Made by a program: the position numbers and the translations under genes. The notes under the pieces were generated by a model, which worked only from the letters and a program-made list of their open reading frames with translations, had not been told where the DNA came from and searched no databases. From Somniosus microcephalus (lineage: Eukaryota), in assembly GCA_052327205.1 (NCBI GenBank), contig CM126224.1, forward strand, positions 63,302,001-63,366,000: 64,000 bases of DNA, read 5' to 3'. This document shows, piece by piece, positions 61,804 to 64,000 of this stretch. The stretch's first letter is position 1. Each line of letters starts with the position of its first letter.

Positions 61804-61840
61804 AGTTCTGACGAAGGGTCATCGACCTGAAACGTTAACT
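61804..61840 (+). ncRNA. Minimal type I hammerhead ribozyme in the pLTR
   Basis: AGTT-CTGACGA-AGGGTCATCGACCT-GAAAC-GTT-AACT: stem I AGTT/AACT, stem II hairpin, palindromic ACGT stem III. Confidence 0.8.
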
Positions 61841-62085
61841 CTGTTTCTCTCTCCACAGATGCTGCCTGACCTGCTGAGCATTTCCAGCATTTTCTGTTTT
61901 TATTTCAGATTTCCAGCATCCGCAGTATTTTGCTTTTGTACCAGAGATGAGAGGGTTTAGTTATCAGGGGAGACTAGAGAAACATTTTATTAGAACACAG
62001 AGGGTTAATGAAACATCTGATGTCAGTGTTCAAAAGGAGAGGTATTGCTGAGGTAAATATGGGAAAACTATTTCTGCTGGTCCAT

Positions 62086-62947
62086 GGCCTGAAGAATAAC
62101 TCGGAGCTGGGAAAAGAGCAGGTGCTGGGGGTGAGCATTTGCGGACGTGAAACGCAGAATTAAGGGTTTCCACAGGTCCTGCCAAATTTAATGGCAAGAC
62201 AGGATTAGAATTTTTTCAACAGGTTTCCCGCCCGACAGTAGCCAGCTTGACAACCTGTCTGTCTGTCAGGCTGGAAAGCATCCAGGGAGCGAATTGGAGC
62301 CATGTCCAACATCACGGGTGGGGTGGGAGGGGGTTGGCCATCAGTTGCTGTGGGGTGAGAGGTTCGGACATCAGTGGGAGGTGTGGGGGGAATCGAATAT
62401 CGGTCGTGGGGGAGTCGGACATCAGTGAATGTGGGAGGTGGGGGCAGTCGAACATGGGGCGGGGTTGGGGGAGTTGGACATCGGTCATGGAGGTGGGGGG
62501 GTGGTCAGACATCGGGGGGTGGGTATCGAACATGGGGCAGGGGGTTCGGCCGATTGCAGGGGTCCAATTGTGGGCGTAAACAGCTTGGGCAGGCCGGGGG
62601 GAGCTGAGAGGGGAACATATCTGCTCCTCCTGGCTCACAAGAGGTGCTGTAAAGACACTTACCTGATGGATGCGACCCTTCTCCCCTCCTTTCATCTCCT
62701 GAGATTCCCGCAGCTGGGGAAACCCGGCCTGCAGGTGTTAAAAATAAAACTTTACTTAAAATGGAGGCATGCAGCTTCCTTAAAATATTTTAGTGGCCAA
62801 CCCACCTCCTGAGAGTGGATTGATCGCCTGCCTCCCTGACCCACCTCCATTAAAACCGGGCGGGTTCGAGACGGGTCGCCCAATTTTTAATTTTTAACCT
62901 CCCCACCCACTCTGGGGGTTAAAATTCGCCTCCCCACCGCCCACCAC
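62086..62947. mobile_element. Old non-autonomous DNA element with degenerate G-rich repeats, inserted in a CR1 remnant
   Basis: The CR1 remnant resumes on both sides; possible TSD CAT; GTTAAAATTCGCC near the right end. Confidence 0.5.
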
Positions 62948-63173
62948 CATGAGTCAGTAACTAGAGGGCATAAGTTCAAAATTAACTCCAAAATAATGAA
63001 GGTAAAGGTTAGAAAGTTTTTTTTATGCAGCAGATTGTTACGACGTGGAATACAAGGAACAGTGCGACATGCAAAACCCATAAGAGATTTTTAAAAAGGG
63101 AAGTGGATAAATATTAGAACAAGAAAATTTAAAGGGTATGGGGAAAGGGCATGGGAATGAGATAAGGGAATAG

Positions 63174-63887
63174 GGGGGAGAAATTGCGTCACGCCCCCTT
63201 TGGGGCGCTAACTTCGCCGGAGTGCTACTTTTAGCGCTCCTGCGGCCGAAATTGAGTGGTAGCATCCCAAGAGGGAAGCGGGACACTACTGGAAGCGCCC
63301 CGCCTCCCTCTTGGGGTGCTACGAGGGAATATCGCGCCGCTACGTGCCGCAGCACCATGCGCCGTGGTATTGCAGGCCTTCCTCCCCTTCTTAAAGGGCA
63401 GGGGCCTTACGCAGCATGACCTGGGGCCCAGCTGGGCCACTGGTGATTGGAGAGCCCGGCACTCGAGAAGTGCCGGGCTCGTGGAGCGCAGCCAGCACTC
63501 TGCGGGGGGGGGGGGTGCGGGTCAGGAGGCCGGGGACGGGAGCAGAGGCAGGTGCTGGCAGGCAGCCAGCAACAAAAATGGTTGCCCGGCACCTCGCCTT
63601 TAAATAGCGCCGCCCCGGCCGCAGGTAGGCCCCCCGACCCCCGTCGGACATAGCGTCCGGCGTTAAGTCAGGGGCCGCCACCGCAGATCGCGGCCGGGGT
63701 GCGAGCGGGGTGCTGCGCACGGCGATGACATCATCGCCGCCAGTGCAGTGCCGCAGGGCGCTAACAGTTAGCGCCGCCGCTAACCTTCTGCTGAATTTCA
63801 CGGGAGGCGTTGGCGGCGCCGCGCCTGGGCACTAGTTGCTTTGCGCCCCATTAAACGGGAGGCACAAAGCAACTGAATTTTCCCCCC
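63174..63887. mobile_element. Harbinger-type MITE (GC-rich) in a CR1 3' end
   Basis: Ends GGGGGAGAAATTG / ACTGAATTTTCCCCCC; GGCGCTAA motifs, CTTAAAGGG and CCTTTAAATAGCGC as in the other Harbinger ends. TSD is not clear. Confidence 0.75.
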
Positions 63888-64000
63888 ATCATCTTTCAGA
63901 AAGCCCGCACAGGCACAATGGGATTTATTCTGTGCTGTAAAATTATATGATTTAACTGTCTCTGAATCATTCTACATAAAACCAATTAACATTGACTCAC

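Larger units (their letters stand above)
59368..61938 (+). mobile_element. Penelope-like element with an inverted 5' duplication (59368-~60150, minus) and pLTRs at both ends
   Basis: 16-bp TSD TACCAGAGATGAGAGG (59352-59367, 61939-61954); endonuclease region and pLTR present in both orientations. Confidence 0.92.

Noticed and set aside
14824-63887. Harbinger MITEs targeting CR1 sequences
   Set aside because: CR1 occupies much of the window and the insertion positions differ; chance is sufficient with so few events.

Overview
Eukaryotic DNA, most likely chondrichthyan (shark), inferred from the CR1 3' tails, Deu-domain SINEs and Penelope pLTRs. The window is almost entirely nested transposable elements, and no host gene is confidently identified. 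Main contents: (1) a complete PIF/Harbinger transposon (2561-11382) with an intact DDE transposase and a 3-exon Myb/SANT gene that is disrupted by a young Gypsy element; (2) that Gypsy element (3617-8013), which lacks a tRNA primer site and instead has a PBS perfectly complementary to the poly(A)-signal segment of its own LTR (candidate self-priming system); (3) a full-length CR1 LINE with intact ORF1 and ORF2 and a 5' array of 200-bp TATA/ETS monomers; (4) a second intact CR1 ORF2; (5) a second, tRNA-primed Gypsy; (6) two Penelope-like elements carrying minimal hammerhead ribozyme motifs; (7) a Vingi-like LINE, a solo LTR, degraded Harbingers, several MITEs and SINEs; (8) a local triplication whose copies preserve the empty sites of three insertions. 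Family names come from motif recognition only; no database search was run.
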